Part shown: one piece after another, positions 12,262 to 23,847 of the stretch
Numbering within the stretch: position 1 is the stretch's first letter
Layout of the letters: every line of letters starts with the position of its first letter
NCBI GenBank assembly: GCA_964016885.1
Contig: OZ024758.1
Coordinates: 26,908,001 to 26,972,000 of the forward strand
DNA from: Eledone cirrhosa
Lineage: Eukaryota
Direction of reading: 5' to 3'
DNA length: 64,000 nt
Program-made: the position numbers and the translations under genes
Notes under the pieces: model-generated
Seen by the model: the letters and a program-made list of their open reading frames with translations, nothing else
Told to the model about the DNA's origin: nothing
Databases searched by the model: none

Positions 12262-12526
12262 TGACTGGCTGGCTGACTCAGACTCAGAAGCTCCCGCGTC
12301 TTGCGACGCATGAAGCAATTATAGTGTTCCATCGCGTTCGGTCAGCAGCCAGTTGCACAGCGTCCCGCCATTGTCTGTTTGTCGCTCGCAGGTCCCTCTC
12401 AACTGTCTGGCGCCAGTTCATATTGGGTCGCCCTCCCGGTCTGCTTCCCTGCGACTCCATTTAAGTACTTGGTTCGCCAGTCTCTCCGGGTGAAGTCTCA
12501 AAGCGTGTCCAGACCAGCTGGAGACA
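12262..12526 (-). mobile_element. 3' fragment of an RTE-clade LINE (second family)
   Basis: Manual translation of the minus strand: SWSGHALRLHPERLANQVLKW / frameshift / GSRPGGRPNMNWRQTVERDLRATNRQWRDAVQLAADRTRWNTIIASCVARRGSF*, the typical RTE C-terminal W.GH..R...GRP...W...DL...DR..W signature, followed by a short repeat tail. Confidence 0.8.
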
Positions 12527-12603
12527 TAATACAAACACTTGCAACAGAGTGAAGCCTGTTAAAGCCAGCCAAGGATCAGAAGCAGGTAGAACTTTAATTC
12601 CAC

Positions 12604-14433
12604 TAAGTCACTGCTCCTAGACTGGTACTTTAGATAAATCACTGCCCCTAGACTGGTACTTTAGATAAGTCACTGCTCCTAGACTGGTACTTTAGATAAG
12701 TCACTGCCCCTAGACTGGTACTTTAGATAAATCACTGCCCCTAGACTGGTACTTTAGATAAATCACTACCCCTAGACTGGTACTTTAGATAAGTCACTGC
12801 CCCTAGACTGGTACTTTAGATAAGTCACTGCCCCTAGACTGGTACTTTAGATAAGTCACTGCCCCTAGACTGGTACTTTAGATAAGTCACTGCCCCTAGA
12901 CTGGTACTTTAGATAAGTCACTGCCCCTAGACTGGTACTTTAGATAAGTCACTACCCCTAGACTGGTACTTTAGATAAGTCACTGCCCCTAGACTGGTAC
13001 TTTAGATAAGTCACTACCCCTAATCTGGTACTTTAGATAAGTCACTGCCCCTAGACTGGTACTTTAGATAAGTCACTGCCCCTAGACTGGTACTTTAGAT
13101 AAGTCACTGCCCCTAATCTGGTACTTTAGATAAATCACTGCCCCCTAGACTGGTACTTTAGATAAGTCACTGCTCCTAGACTGGTACTTTAGATAAGTCA
13201 CTGCCCCTAGACTGGTACTTTAGATAAGTCACTGCCCCTAGACTGGTACTTTAGCTAAGTCACTGCTCCTAAACTGGTACTTTAGATAAGTCACTGCCCC
13301 TAGACTGGTACTTTAGATAAGTCACTGCCCCTAGACTGGTACTTTAGATAAGTCACTGCCCCTAGACTGGTACTTTAGATAAGTCACTGCCCCTAGACTG
13401 GTACTTTAGATAAGTCACTGCCCCTAGACTGGTACTTTAGATAAGTCACTGCCCTTAGACTGGTACTTTAGATAAGTCACTGCTCCTAGACTGGTACTTT
13501 AGATAAGTCACTGCCCCTAGACTGGTACTTTAGATAAGTCACTGCCCCTAGACTGGTACTTTAGATAAGTCACTGCCCCTAGACTGGTACTTTAGATAAG
13601 TCACTGCCCCTAGACTGGTACTTTAGATAAGTCACTACCCCTAATCTGGTACTTTAGATAAGTCACTGCCCCTAGACTGGTACTTTAGATAAGTCACTGC
13701 CCCTAGACTGGTACTTTAGATAAGTCACTGCCCCTAATCTGGTACTTTAGATAAATCACTGCCCCCTAGACTGGTACTTTAGATAAGTCACTGCTCCTAG
13801 ACTGGTACTTTAGATAAGTCACTGCCCCTAGACTGGTACTTTAGATAAGTCACTGCCCCTAGACTGGTACTTTAGATAAGTCACTGCCCCTAGACTGGTA
13901 CTTTAGATAAGTCACTGCTCCTAGTCTGGTACTTTAGATAAGTCACTGCCCCTAGACTGGTACTTTAGATAAGTCACTGCCCCTAGACTGGTACTTTAGC
14001 TAAGTCACTGCTCCTAAACTGGTACTTTAGATAAGTCACTGCCCCTAGACTGGTACTTTAGATAAGTCACTGCCCCTAGACTGGTACTTTAGCTAAGTCA
14101 CTGCTCCTAAACTGGTACTTTAGATAAGTCACTGCCCCTAGACTGGTACTTTAGATAAGTCACTGCCCCTAGACTGGTACTTTAGATAAGTCACTGCCCC
14201 TAGACTGGTACTTTAGATAAGTCACTGCCCCTAGACTGGTACTTTAGATAAGTCACTGCTCCTAGACTGGTACTTTAGATAAGTCACTGCCCTTAGACTG
14301 GTACTTTAGATAAGTCACTGCCCCTAGACTGGTACTTTAGATAAGTCACTGCCCCTAGACTGGTACTTTAGATAAGTCACTGCCCCTAGACTGGTACTTT
14401 AGATAAGTCACTGCCCCTAGACTGGTACTTTAG
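12604..14433. repeat. 31-bp minisatellite, about 59 copies
   Basis: Unit taagtcactgcccctagactggtactttaga; period 31 (12841 to 12872). Confidence 0.95.
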
Positions 14434-14559
14434 AGACTCTGATAGGATTGAAGGCAAAGTTGACCTTGGTAGGAATTGTAATCAAAGTACAGAAGAGAGC
14501 TGGAGCAAATGCTGAGATATTTAATCTGATGCTCCAACAAATCTGGCAATTTGCCATCT

Positions 14560-14579
14560 GGTGTTTGTGTCTGTGTACT

Positions 14580-14610
<31 letters not shown>

Positions 14611-15661
14611 ATGTACTTATATGTGTGTGTTGTGTGTCTGTGTACTTATATGTGTGTGTGTGTGTGTGTACTTATATATGTGTGTGTCTGTGTACTTATA
14701 TATGTGTGTGTTGTGTGTCTGTGTACTTATATATATGTGTGTGTGTGTGTGTGTGTAAGAATGTGAATGTGAAAGCATATATTTGTGTGTGTGTGCATGT
14801 ATGTAGTGTATGCATATGCACCTATCTATATGTGTGTGTGTACTTATATATGTGTGTGTGTGTACTTATGTGCGTGTGTGTGTAAGAATGTGAATGTGAA
14901 AGCATATATTTGTTTGTGTGTGTGTGCATGTATGTAGTGTATGCATATGCACCTATCTATATGTGTATATGAATGTGTACTTATATATGTGTCTGTGGGT
15001 GTGTGTGAATGTGTATTTATATATGTGTGTGTATGTAGTGTATTCATATGCACCTATGTATATATATGTGTGTGAATGTGTATTTATGTGTGTGTGTGTG
15101 AATGTGTATTTATATGTGTGTGTGTGTGAATATGTATTTATGTGTGTGTGTACTTATGTATGTTGAATGTGTACTTATATATGTGTGTGTGCGTGTGTAC
15201 TTATGTGTGTGTGTCTGAAAGTGTACTTATGTGTGTGTGTGTGTGAATGTGTATTTATATATATGTGTGCGTGTGTGAATGTGTATTTATATATGTGTCT
15301 GTGTGTGTGTGTGCATGTGTATTTATGTGTGTGTGTGAATGCGTATTTGTATGTGTGTGTGTGCGTATGTACTTATATATGTGTGTGTGTGAATGTGTAT
15401 TTATATATATGTGTGCGTGTGTGTGAATGTGTATTTATATATGTGTGTGCGTGTGTGTGAAGGTGTATTTATATATATGTGTGTGTGTGTGTGTATTTAT
15501 ATATGTGTGTGTGTTGAATGTGTATTTATATATATGTGTGTGTGTTTGTGTACTTATGTGTGTGTTTGTGTACTTATGTGTGTGTGTGTGTACTTATGTG
15601 TTTGTGTGTGTGTGTGTGAGAGAATGTGTATTTATATATGTGTGTGTGTTGAATGTGTATT

Positions 15662-15727
<66 letters not shown>

Positions 15728-15836
15728 TGTACTTATATATGTGTGTGTTTGTGTGTGCGTGTGTACTTATATGTGTTTGTGTGTGTGTGTGTGAGAGAAT
15801 GTGTATTTATATATGTGTGTGTGTTGAATGTGTATT

Positions 15837-15872
<36 letters not shown>

Positions 15873-15962
15873 AATGTGTATTTATGTGTGTGTGAATGTG
15901 TATTTATGTGTGTGAATGTGTATTTATGTGTGTGTGTGTATTTATGTGTGTGTGAATGTGCA
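14560..15962. repeat. (TG)n/(TA)n low-complexity tract
   Basis: Direct inspection; C/V/Y-rich ORFs are artefacts. Confidence 0.95.
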
Positions 15963-16177
15963 TGATTATATAAAATAGGAAGAAACACCTGGCTGACATC
16001 TGCTAGAATTAATAACAGCACCAGCACACCGTGCACTGTTAGGTAATAAAGCTAAATAACTGTATATAATGGTGAGATATATTACAATAGAGGAAAGCCA
16101 CTAGTGCTAACTGATCTTTAACTTGTCTACAGTTACCCCAACCCCATCCACCAGTCTCTCCTCTTACTCCAGCCCCA

Positions 16178-16295
<118 letters not shown>

Positions 16296-16967
16296 CACAC
16301 ATAAGTATGCATGCAGACGCACCACAATTCATTTTAATCTAGTGGTTGAAAAAGAAATTACAAGGAAAGATAAAAAGTAAAAGAAAGTAATAATAAAAAT
16401 AAAAAAAAAAACAGGAAAAGAAATGTAAAAGAAAGGGGATTGGAAATGAAATCTGGTTTTCTGGTTGAGCGCATTGTTGGGGCATTGAAGAATGTGATGA
16501 ACTTAAAGACAATTCACAGCCAGGTGTAAATATGTGTATGTTGATACAGGTGTTTATTCTATAGATATTAATTTGTAAGTGGGACGCTAGCTACTACAGC
16601 TCTTTCCTCCAAACGGCCAAACTGGTTGGTCCATATCTAAATGGCTGCCCTGTTTAACAAATTGACCTGAAAAGCAACATGAGCCAGAAGATCTGTCATC
16701 TGTAAGAAGTTGTCAGAAGGAATATAAAAGAAAGGAAGGGGAGAAATAAAAAGGAAAAGAAAAAAAATTGAAGAAGAAAAAAATGGAGAAAGTGAGTCTC
16801 TCACTTCCTTTAGATCAAATAGAACTGGAAAAATATACTTGATGAACAAGAGTTCTTTTTTTTTTTACATTTTTATGGATATATATATATATATATCATC
16901 ATCATTTCACATCTATATCTTACATACTTGCAGCATAGTTTGTGATTGTGAAATATATATACTGTAC

Positions 16968-17198
16968 ATCATCATCATCATCAACGTTTAACGTCCGTGT
17001 TCCACGCTTGCATGGGTTTGGACGGGGGTAGTCCCACTTGAGGCAAGAGTGATTGTCTCGCTCGCATAGGACTGTCTGGCGGGTTTTCTACAGCTGGATG
17101 CCCTTCCTAACACCAACCACATTTACAGTGTGGGGCTGGGAGGTTTTTACCGTGTTGCCTACACGGCCACATTACAGCGTGGACTGTCTGGCGTGGAC

Positions 17199-17200
<2 letters not shown>
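16968..17200 (-). mobile_element. RTE LINE 3' UTR fragment (family 1)
   Basis: Reverse complement of about 32760-32965 with a (cat)n tail. Confidence 0.85.
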
Positions 17201-17242
<42 letters not shown>

Positions 17243-17299
17243 CGTGTGTACGCATATATATATGTATATATATATGTATATACATATATATATATATAT

Positions 17300-17524
17300 C
17301 CGATATAAAACCTGCGGCTCAGTAGTTACCGATGATGTTGATCTTTTCTTCTTTTCGGGTTATAACTACTGTCGCTCAGAGAGTGGGATTGGCTCAGTGC
17401 ACAGTCTTTCCTCACTTTAAAAAATGTCTTCACGCACAGGCATTGCACGATAGAATTAATTAATAATTATTAATAATGGTATATCGTGCAATGGCCATAC
17501 TCAATAATGAGGGGGCAGCCATTA
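17300..17524 (+). mobile_element. Short non-autonomous RTE-derived element (related to 30432-30924)
   Basis: gatataaaacctgc...gatgatgttgat...agagagtggga...cacaggcattgc and 3' ggccatactc...gag..ggcagcca align with the 30.4-kb element. Confidence 0.6.
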
Positions 17525-17603
17525 TATGTATATATGTATATATATATATATGTATATATATGTATATGTATATATATGTATATATGTATATATGTATATT
17601 ATG

Positions 17604-17664
17604 TATTTTATCTGATGAGAGTGTACCAGAGTTTTGGTACCCTTGAAATATATATAATAGAATA
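17604..17664 (+). ncRNA. Type I hammerhead ribozyme motif (family C)
   Basis: tattttat CTGATGA gagtgtacca-gagttt-tggtaccctt GAAA tatatata atagaata: 8-bp stem I, about 9-bp stem II, (AT) palindromic stem III, AUA triplet, overlapping aataaa downstream. Confidence 0.8.
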
Positions 17665-17813
17665 AATATGGTTTTATAAATATAGTTTCCATTTATTTAA
17701 TATCATTGAATATTATACTCCAGAAAACTTGTTGAGTGCTTCGAATCAGTTATAAACATATATTTGTTGAATTAACAACAAATTAAATATCCCTTTTGCT
17801 TATATATATATAC

Positions 17814-18097
17814 TTGTGTATAATGGTAGCTATGGTGCTTCCATAGGCGGTATGCCAAAATTAGCACTCAATATTCATACAGTGTAACGTGTGAATAGTA
17901 TAAAAAAACGAAAAATCAGTGATGCATCTGGAGTCAGTTTATTGCGTGTTACAATTGTTTCGCCGGCAGGTAGCTCAAGACATGATCACTGTATGGATCT
18001 GGCTGATTCTACGGCTGCAGGTTCCTGCCGGCAAGACAATTGTAACACGCAATAGACTGAGTCCAGATGCATCACTGATTTTTCGTCTTTATACTAT
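17814..18097. mobile_element. Fold-back element family D (about 75-bp inverted arms + about 80-nt one-sided extension)
   Basis: Arms 17895-17970 and about 18023-18097 are inverted copies; the left arm reads cctgccggc GAAA caattg ta acacg c aataaa on the minus strand (3' half of a hammerhead); flanked by (TA)n. Confidence 0.65.
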
Positions 18098-18159
18098 ATA
18101 TATATTCATTAGTTAAGCAAAGGCAAGACCACAAATTTCACAAGGAAGACGTTATTTAT

Positions 18160-18818
18160 AGGGAGAAATTAGGAATAAGAGGGATCAGATGTTGTTTACT
18201 TGAGAGAAGACTACGTTGGTATGGTCACGTGATGCGCATGAAAGACGACAGCTGTATAAAAAAGTGCAGGGCGGTAAAAATAGACGGTAGCCACGGAGTA
18301 GGCAGACCCAGAAAAACCTGGGACGACTTGATAAATTCCGACCTCACACACTTACACCTCTCCAAGACAATGTCACTGGACCGAGATCTTTGGCGCTACA
18401 CAGTCATACAGAAGACCCGCCTTGCCTAAGTACAAAGCGAAACTTACAGTCAGTAGGCACCTCTAACAAAATACACCCCCATCCCACTACCCCCACCCCA
18501 TCCACACCACCCCCTTAAATGTGTAGTTATGTTGGTACCACAACATCCAGTCCGAAACAAATGAGGTCGTGTAGGTGTCACGACAAAAAAAAAAAACACA
18601 CAGTCCACGCTGTAATGTGGCCGTGTAGGTAACACGGTAAAAACCTCCCAGTCCACACTGTTAACGTAGTTGGTGTTAGGAAGGGCATCCAGCCGTAGAA
18701 AACCCGCCAGACAGTCCTATACGAGCAGGACAACAAATCTTGCCTCAAGTGGGAAAACTCCCGTCCAAACCCATGCAAGCATGGAAGATGGACATTAAAC
18801 GATGATGATGATGATGAT
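18160..18818 (+). mobile_element. RTE LINE family 1, 3' fragment (ORF end + 3' UTR)
   Basis: KLGIRGIRCCLLERRLRWYGHVMRMKDDSCIKKC...GRPRKTWDD...DRDLWR; (gat)n tail; near-identical to 32320-32965. Confidence 0.9.
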
Positions 18819-18875
18819 ATATACGCATATATATATACATATATCTATATATATATATATGCATATATATATATA

Positions 18876-19610
18876 TCATCATCATCGTTTAACGTCTATC
18901 TTCCACGCTAGCATGGGTTTAGACGGGAATTGTCCCACTTGAGGTAAGATTGGTTGTCTTGCTCGTATAGGACTGTCTGGCAGGTTTTCTACGGCTGGAT
19001 GCCCTTCCTAACACCAACCACATTTACAGCGCGGACTGGGAGGTTTTTACCGTGTTACCTACACAGCATGGATTGTGTGTTTTTTTTGTTGTGACACCTC
19101 TACGACCTCATTTATTTTGGATTGGATGTTGTGGTACCAACATAACTTTACAGAGAAAGGGGTGGTGTTGATGGGGGTGGAGTTGAGGTAGTGGGATGGG
19201 GGTGTATATTTGATTAAGAGGTGCCTACTGACTGTAGGTTTCGCTTTGTACATAGGCAAAGCGGGTCTTCTGTATAGCCAAAGATCTCGGTCCAGTGACA
19301 TTGTCTTGGAGAGGTGTAAGTGTGTAAGGTCGGAATTTATCAAATCGTCCCAGGTTTTTCTGGGTCTGCCTACTCCGTAACTTCCGTCTATTTTGATCGT
19401 CCTGCACCTTTTTATACAGCTGTCGTCTTTCATGTGCATCACGTGACCATACCAACATAGTCTTCTCTCGAGTAAACAACATCTGATCCCTCTTATTCCT
19501 AATTTCTCACTTAGTTCATTTATGCTTTGCCGTTCGCGTATATTACTATTACACATCCAACACAGCATGGATGCTTCGTTCCTCTCCAGTCTGCACAGGT
19601 CCTCTGCACA
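18876..19610 (-). mobile_element. RTE LINE family 1, 3' fragment
   Basis: ORF 19059-19568 gives RRLCWYGHVMHMKDDSCIKRC...GRPRKTWDD; (cat)n tail. Confidence 0.9.
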
Positions 19611-19781
19611 ATATATATATATATATATATATATATTTTGAGTTTATGTTGGTTGTATACCAACACCTCAGTATGCAGGCTGGAGCACTCGACGAAGTGC
19701 GCAGGTTGGTTTGGTTACTCCGGAGTAGTGTAAAATAAAGTTAAATAAAAGTCAAATGATTAAAATTTAGCTTCGTTTATT

Positions 19782-19836
19782 ACTGCTATATATATTTCAG
19801 TGACAGCCATCTTTGGCTGTGACCTCTTCAGGCAGT
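19782..19836 (-). ncRNA. Type I hammerhead ribozyme motif (family B)
   Basis: Reverse complement of the 20063-20117 motif. Confidence 0.8.
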
Positions 19837-20062
19837 TTGAATTAGTATGGTATAGACAAGTACATATGTTGTTTAGGTGTATGATATTGTCAATACTCTG
19901 ATATGCCCAGTTCCTTGCTGGGTTGTTAATTTACTGGGGAACTATATATGACTCCAGTTCCCCAGTGAATTAACAACCCAGCAAGGAACTGGGCATATCA
20001 GAGTATTGACAATATCATACACCTAAACAACATATGTACTTGTCTATACCATACTAATTCAA

Positions 20063-20117
20063 ACTGCCTGAAGAGGTCACAGCCAAAGATGGCTGTCACT
20101 GAAATATATATAGCAGT
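20063..20117 (+). ncRNA. Type I hammerhead ribozyme motif (family B)
   Basis: actgc CTGAAGA ggtcacagcc-aaagat-ggctgtcact GAAA tatatata gcagt aataaa: stem I actgc/gcagt, long stem II, AT-palindromic stem III, AUA triplet. Confidence 0.8.
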
Positions 20118-20215
20118 AATAAACGAAGCTAAATTTTAATCATTTGACTTTTATTTAACTTTATTTTATATATATATATATATAGGGCGGTGCACAATAT
20201 ATATATATATATATA

Positions 20216-20279
20216 TAAGGGCGGTGCCCCAGCATGGCCTCAGCCGGATGGCTGAAACAGGTAAAAGGGTAAAAGAGTA
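20216..20279 (+). mobile_element. 3' tail fragment of another SINE/LINE family
   Basis: agggcggtgccccagcatggcctcagccggatggctgaaacaggtaaaagggtaaaagagta; reverse copy at about 28866-28916; (gtaaaaga)-type repeat tail. Confidence 0.55.
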
Positions 20280-20605
20280 TATATATATACATACATCCAC
20301 ACACACACACATACGTCCACACACACACATTTACATACATCCACACACACACACACACACACAGTCATTCTTTCAATTTCTACTTCCCTATTTTTCTCCC
20401 TTCTTTCTTTTAATATAACTTCTTTTTTTATTCTTTTCGTTTTTTTCTTCATTCTTCCACCCCCTCCTTGCCCCCACCCCAGTGTCCTTCCAGCCCTGCC
20501 CCTTACCCATCTTCCCCACCCCTTTGTCCTTCCCCCTCCACATCCCTTTGTCCTTCCTGTGACTTATCTTTTCATTTTTTTACACTTATTACACAATCTC
20601 TCTTA

Positions 20606-20957
20606 CACCACACAGGCACACACACAGACAGACACACAAATGCACACACACACACATACACAGACAAACAGACACACACACATACACAGACAAACAGACA
20701 CACACATACACAGACACACACATACACAGACGCAGACACACATACACATGCGCAGACAAACAGACACACACATACACATACACAGACAAACAGACACACA
20801 CACAGAGACAAATACACATGCGCAGACAAACAGACAAACAAATACACATACACATACGCATACAAATACAAATACACACACACATACGCCCACACAGATA
20901 AACACACGCTGACACACACACACAGACAAACACATGCTGAAACACACACACACATGT
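20606..20957. repeat. (CA)/(CAGA)n compound microsatellite
   Basis: Direct inspection. Confidence 0.9.
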
Positions 20958-21563
20958 GTATTTATTGTACTTCATTTTCTCTTCTTTTTCTACATATTTA
21001 TCCTTTCCTTCAATTTCCCACCAAAGTCTCATCAATCAGTTCTCATATTTTTCCTGATACACATCTACTGATTCTAAATACCAAAACTTGTGAACTCTAC
21101 ACTTGATTCTTTTGAAGTTTAGTCTTTCATTGGCATCTAGATTTGATATTATGGCTTGAAAAAAAACAGATAATTATTAGTTAAATATTTTTACATAAGA
21201 GGGAGGATGAGCTTCTCATCTCTAAATCTAATGCCTCAATGAAAATGTTTATTTTCACTTCATTAATAAACAGATATACTATCAGTTTTTAGTTTCACTT
21301 TGTAAATATTGCGCAGTCATGGCTGTGTGGTTAAGGAGGAGTTTGCTTCACAACTGCTTGTTTTGGTGTTTAATACCGCTATGTGGCACCCTGGGGAAGT
21401 GACTACCACTATAGTATTTTTTCTATTCAATCTATTTTCATGTATTAAATTGCATTTTTCTAATATATTCTTTTATATTTATTTTATAGTTGGAGACAAT
21501 AAGGAACAGAATTAATAAACAAGAGGGCCTTTTTCATAAGGTATATAGTTTTACTTTTGTATT

Positions 21564-21790
21564 TTAACCCTTTAGTGTTCAAACCGGCCAAAATCGGCCA
21601 GAGTTCTCTACCTCTTTCTGTTGAAACTGGCTGTAACTGGTCACTCAAACTGATGTTAAGCTATTGTTCTCAAAATAAATACTTTCAAAATCTCATAGAT
21701 TCGATATTATGTGAGATAATTATGTGAGGTAAAGCCTTTACCATGAAAATATAATAGTATATATAAAATAATGTGAATGTAAAGGGTTAA
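21564..21790 (+). mobile_element. piggyBac-type MITE
   Basis: ttaacccttta...taaagggttaa. Confidence 0.85.
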
Positions 21791-21935
21791 TTTATGTAAT
21801 TCTGTTGATTATCCTATGAAGAGATATTAATGCAAACTAGTGACTACCGAACTATATTTAATATTTCTCTTTTGTTATCAACACTAACAAAATAGTTGTT
21901 AATGTTTTTGTTTGTGTTGCGTTAATTTTCATCCT

Positions 21936-22284
21936 TTAACCCTTTAGCATTTAAACCAGCCATATCCGACCAGAATTCTCTCGCCTCTTTCTGTTCAAAC
22001 CGGCTGTAACCAGCCACTCATACTAATGTTAAGGTATTATTCTATATATAGAGTAATGTAAATGCTAAAGGGTTAAACCGCCCATATCCGTCCAAAATTC
22101 TCTCTTCTTTCTGTTCAAACCGGCTGTAACCAGCCACTCATACTGATGTTAAGGTATTATTCTCAAAATAAATAACATCGAAATCTCATAGATTCGATAT
22201 TATGAGTGATAATTATGCAAGGTAAAGCCTTTACCATGAAAATATAACAGTAAGTATCGAGTAATGTAAATGGTAAAGGGTTAA
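21936..22284 (+). mobile_element. Two adjacent/nested piggyBac-type MITE copies
   Basis: First copy ends ggg-ttaa at 22076 (internally deleted); a second body continues to ggg-ttaa at 22284. Confidence 0.75.
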
Positions 22285-22399
22285 AACTTGATAACCTAAT
22301 TTGAGGGGAAATAATCTTGAAGGAATCTGTGTGCTTCAAAATAGCAATATAATTACAATAATACTGATGATGATGGTGGCGGTGGTGGTGGTGGTGTTG

Positions 22400-22604
22400 G
22401 TACTTTCTAACATAGGCACAGGGCTTGCAATTTGGTGGGAAGGGTAAAATCTATTATATTGACCCCAGAATATTACAAACATGTAGTTTATCAACCCCGT
22501 TCTGCTGTGTGATGAAAGGCAAAATTACAAAAAAGATGGCAAGATTTGAACTAGGAAAAAAAAAAAAAATGCAAAATTTTTAATCAAGTTCTTCTGTTCC
22601 ACTA

Positions 22605-22643
<39 letters not shown>

Positions 22644-23228
22644 AATAAGGGCTTCTAATCTAGGCACCAAGCAAGCAAATTTGATGGGAGGGGAAAGTCA
22701 ATTATATTGATCCCCAGCACTTGGCTGGTACTTTGGTTTATCAAACCCAGAAATATGAAAGGCAAAGTTGACTTCAACTGAATCCACCAATGATAATTGT
22801 TGCTACTTTTGACACAAGGCCAGCAATTATCCCAGTGTATTACTGGTACTTTATTTTATCGACCCCGTTAGGATGAAAGGCAAAGTTAACCTCGACGAGA
22901 TTTGAACTCAGACTATAAAGGGACGTAACTCTTTGCTGCAAAGCGTGGTGTCCGACTCTCTACCGATACTGAAGCCAACAAGTTTGAGGAAAGGGAAGTC
23001 AATTAAATCAACCCCAGTGCGTTACTGGTACTTTATTTTATCAACCCCCGTAAGGATGAAAGGCAAAGCTAACTTTGATGGGATTTCGTATAATAACAAT
23101 TAATAATTGTTTCTACTTTTGGCACAAGGCCAGCAATTATCCAGTGTATTACTGGTACTTTATTTTATCAACTCCGTAAGGATGAAAGGCAAAGTTAATC
23201 TTGGCGGGATTTGAACTCAGATCATAAA
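22400..23228 (-). mobile_element. Cluster of reverse-oriented S3 SINE copies and fragments
   Basis: Repeated ggcacaaggccagcaatt...ctggtactttattttatcgaccccgt.aggatgaaaggcaaagttaacc...gatttgaactcag (e.g. 22793-22970, 23104-23228). Confidence 0.8.
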
Positions 23229-23317
23229 ATCATTGACCATCTTTTTATGTCCCAGTTTTCCATGGTTGGCCAGGTCTTCACAGCCTAAGTACTTAATAGG
23301 AGTTATTATTTTGACTT

Positions 23318-23515
23318 GGCGGTGGATTGGCAGTATCGGTAGAGCATCGGACACCATGCTTTGCAGCACATAGAGTTTCGTCCCTTTATGATCTGAGTTC
23401 AGGTCCTGCTGAGGTCAACTTTGCCTTTCATCCTTACGGGGTCGATAAAATAAAGTACCAACCAGTAATGCACTGAGATAATTGCTGGCCTTGTGCCTAA
23501 AGTAGAAACAATTAT
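23318..23515 (+). mobile_element. SINE family S3, full length
   Basis: Head, B box, core and tail as in the 11718 copy; attattttg.cttgg repeated on both flanks. Confidence 0.9.
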
Positions 23516-23639
23516 TTTGGCTTGGTTCCTACAGCTGGATGCCATTCCTAATGCCATCAACCCACTTTACAGAAAGGGTGTCCAGCTTGTAGTAACCAAA
23601 CTTGAATTGTAATGTATGTAAGTGAGACATGGTTGCTGT

Positions 23640-23847
23640 TTAACCCTTTAGCATTTTAAACTGGCCATGTCCAGCCAGAATTCTCTCACCTAATGAGGTA
23701 CAAACTGGGTGCACCAACTGTTCATACTTATGTTAAGGTATTGTTCTCAAAATAAATAATACCAAAATCTCATAGATTCTATATTATGTGAGATAAAGTA
23801 TTTACCATGAGAATACAATAGTAAATATAGAGAAATGTAAATGCTAG
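23640..23847 (+). mobile_element. piggyBac-type MITE, right end damaged
   Basis: ttaaccctttagca start; internal homology; ends gtaaatgcta. Confidence 0.7.

Larger units (their letters stand above)
19635..20168. mobile_element. Hammerhead fold-back element family B
   Basis: 213-bp inverted arms 19731-19943 and 19956-20168 (about 1 mismatch) plus a 96-nt extension 19635-19730; flanked by (TA)n; second copy at 62964-63453. Confidence 0.85.

Noticed and set aside
8155-14433. CRISPR-like appearance of the 46-bp and 31-bp arrays
   Set aside because: Units are contiguous with no unique spacers, there are no cas genes, and the context is eukaryotic
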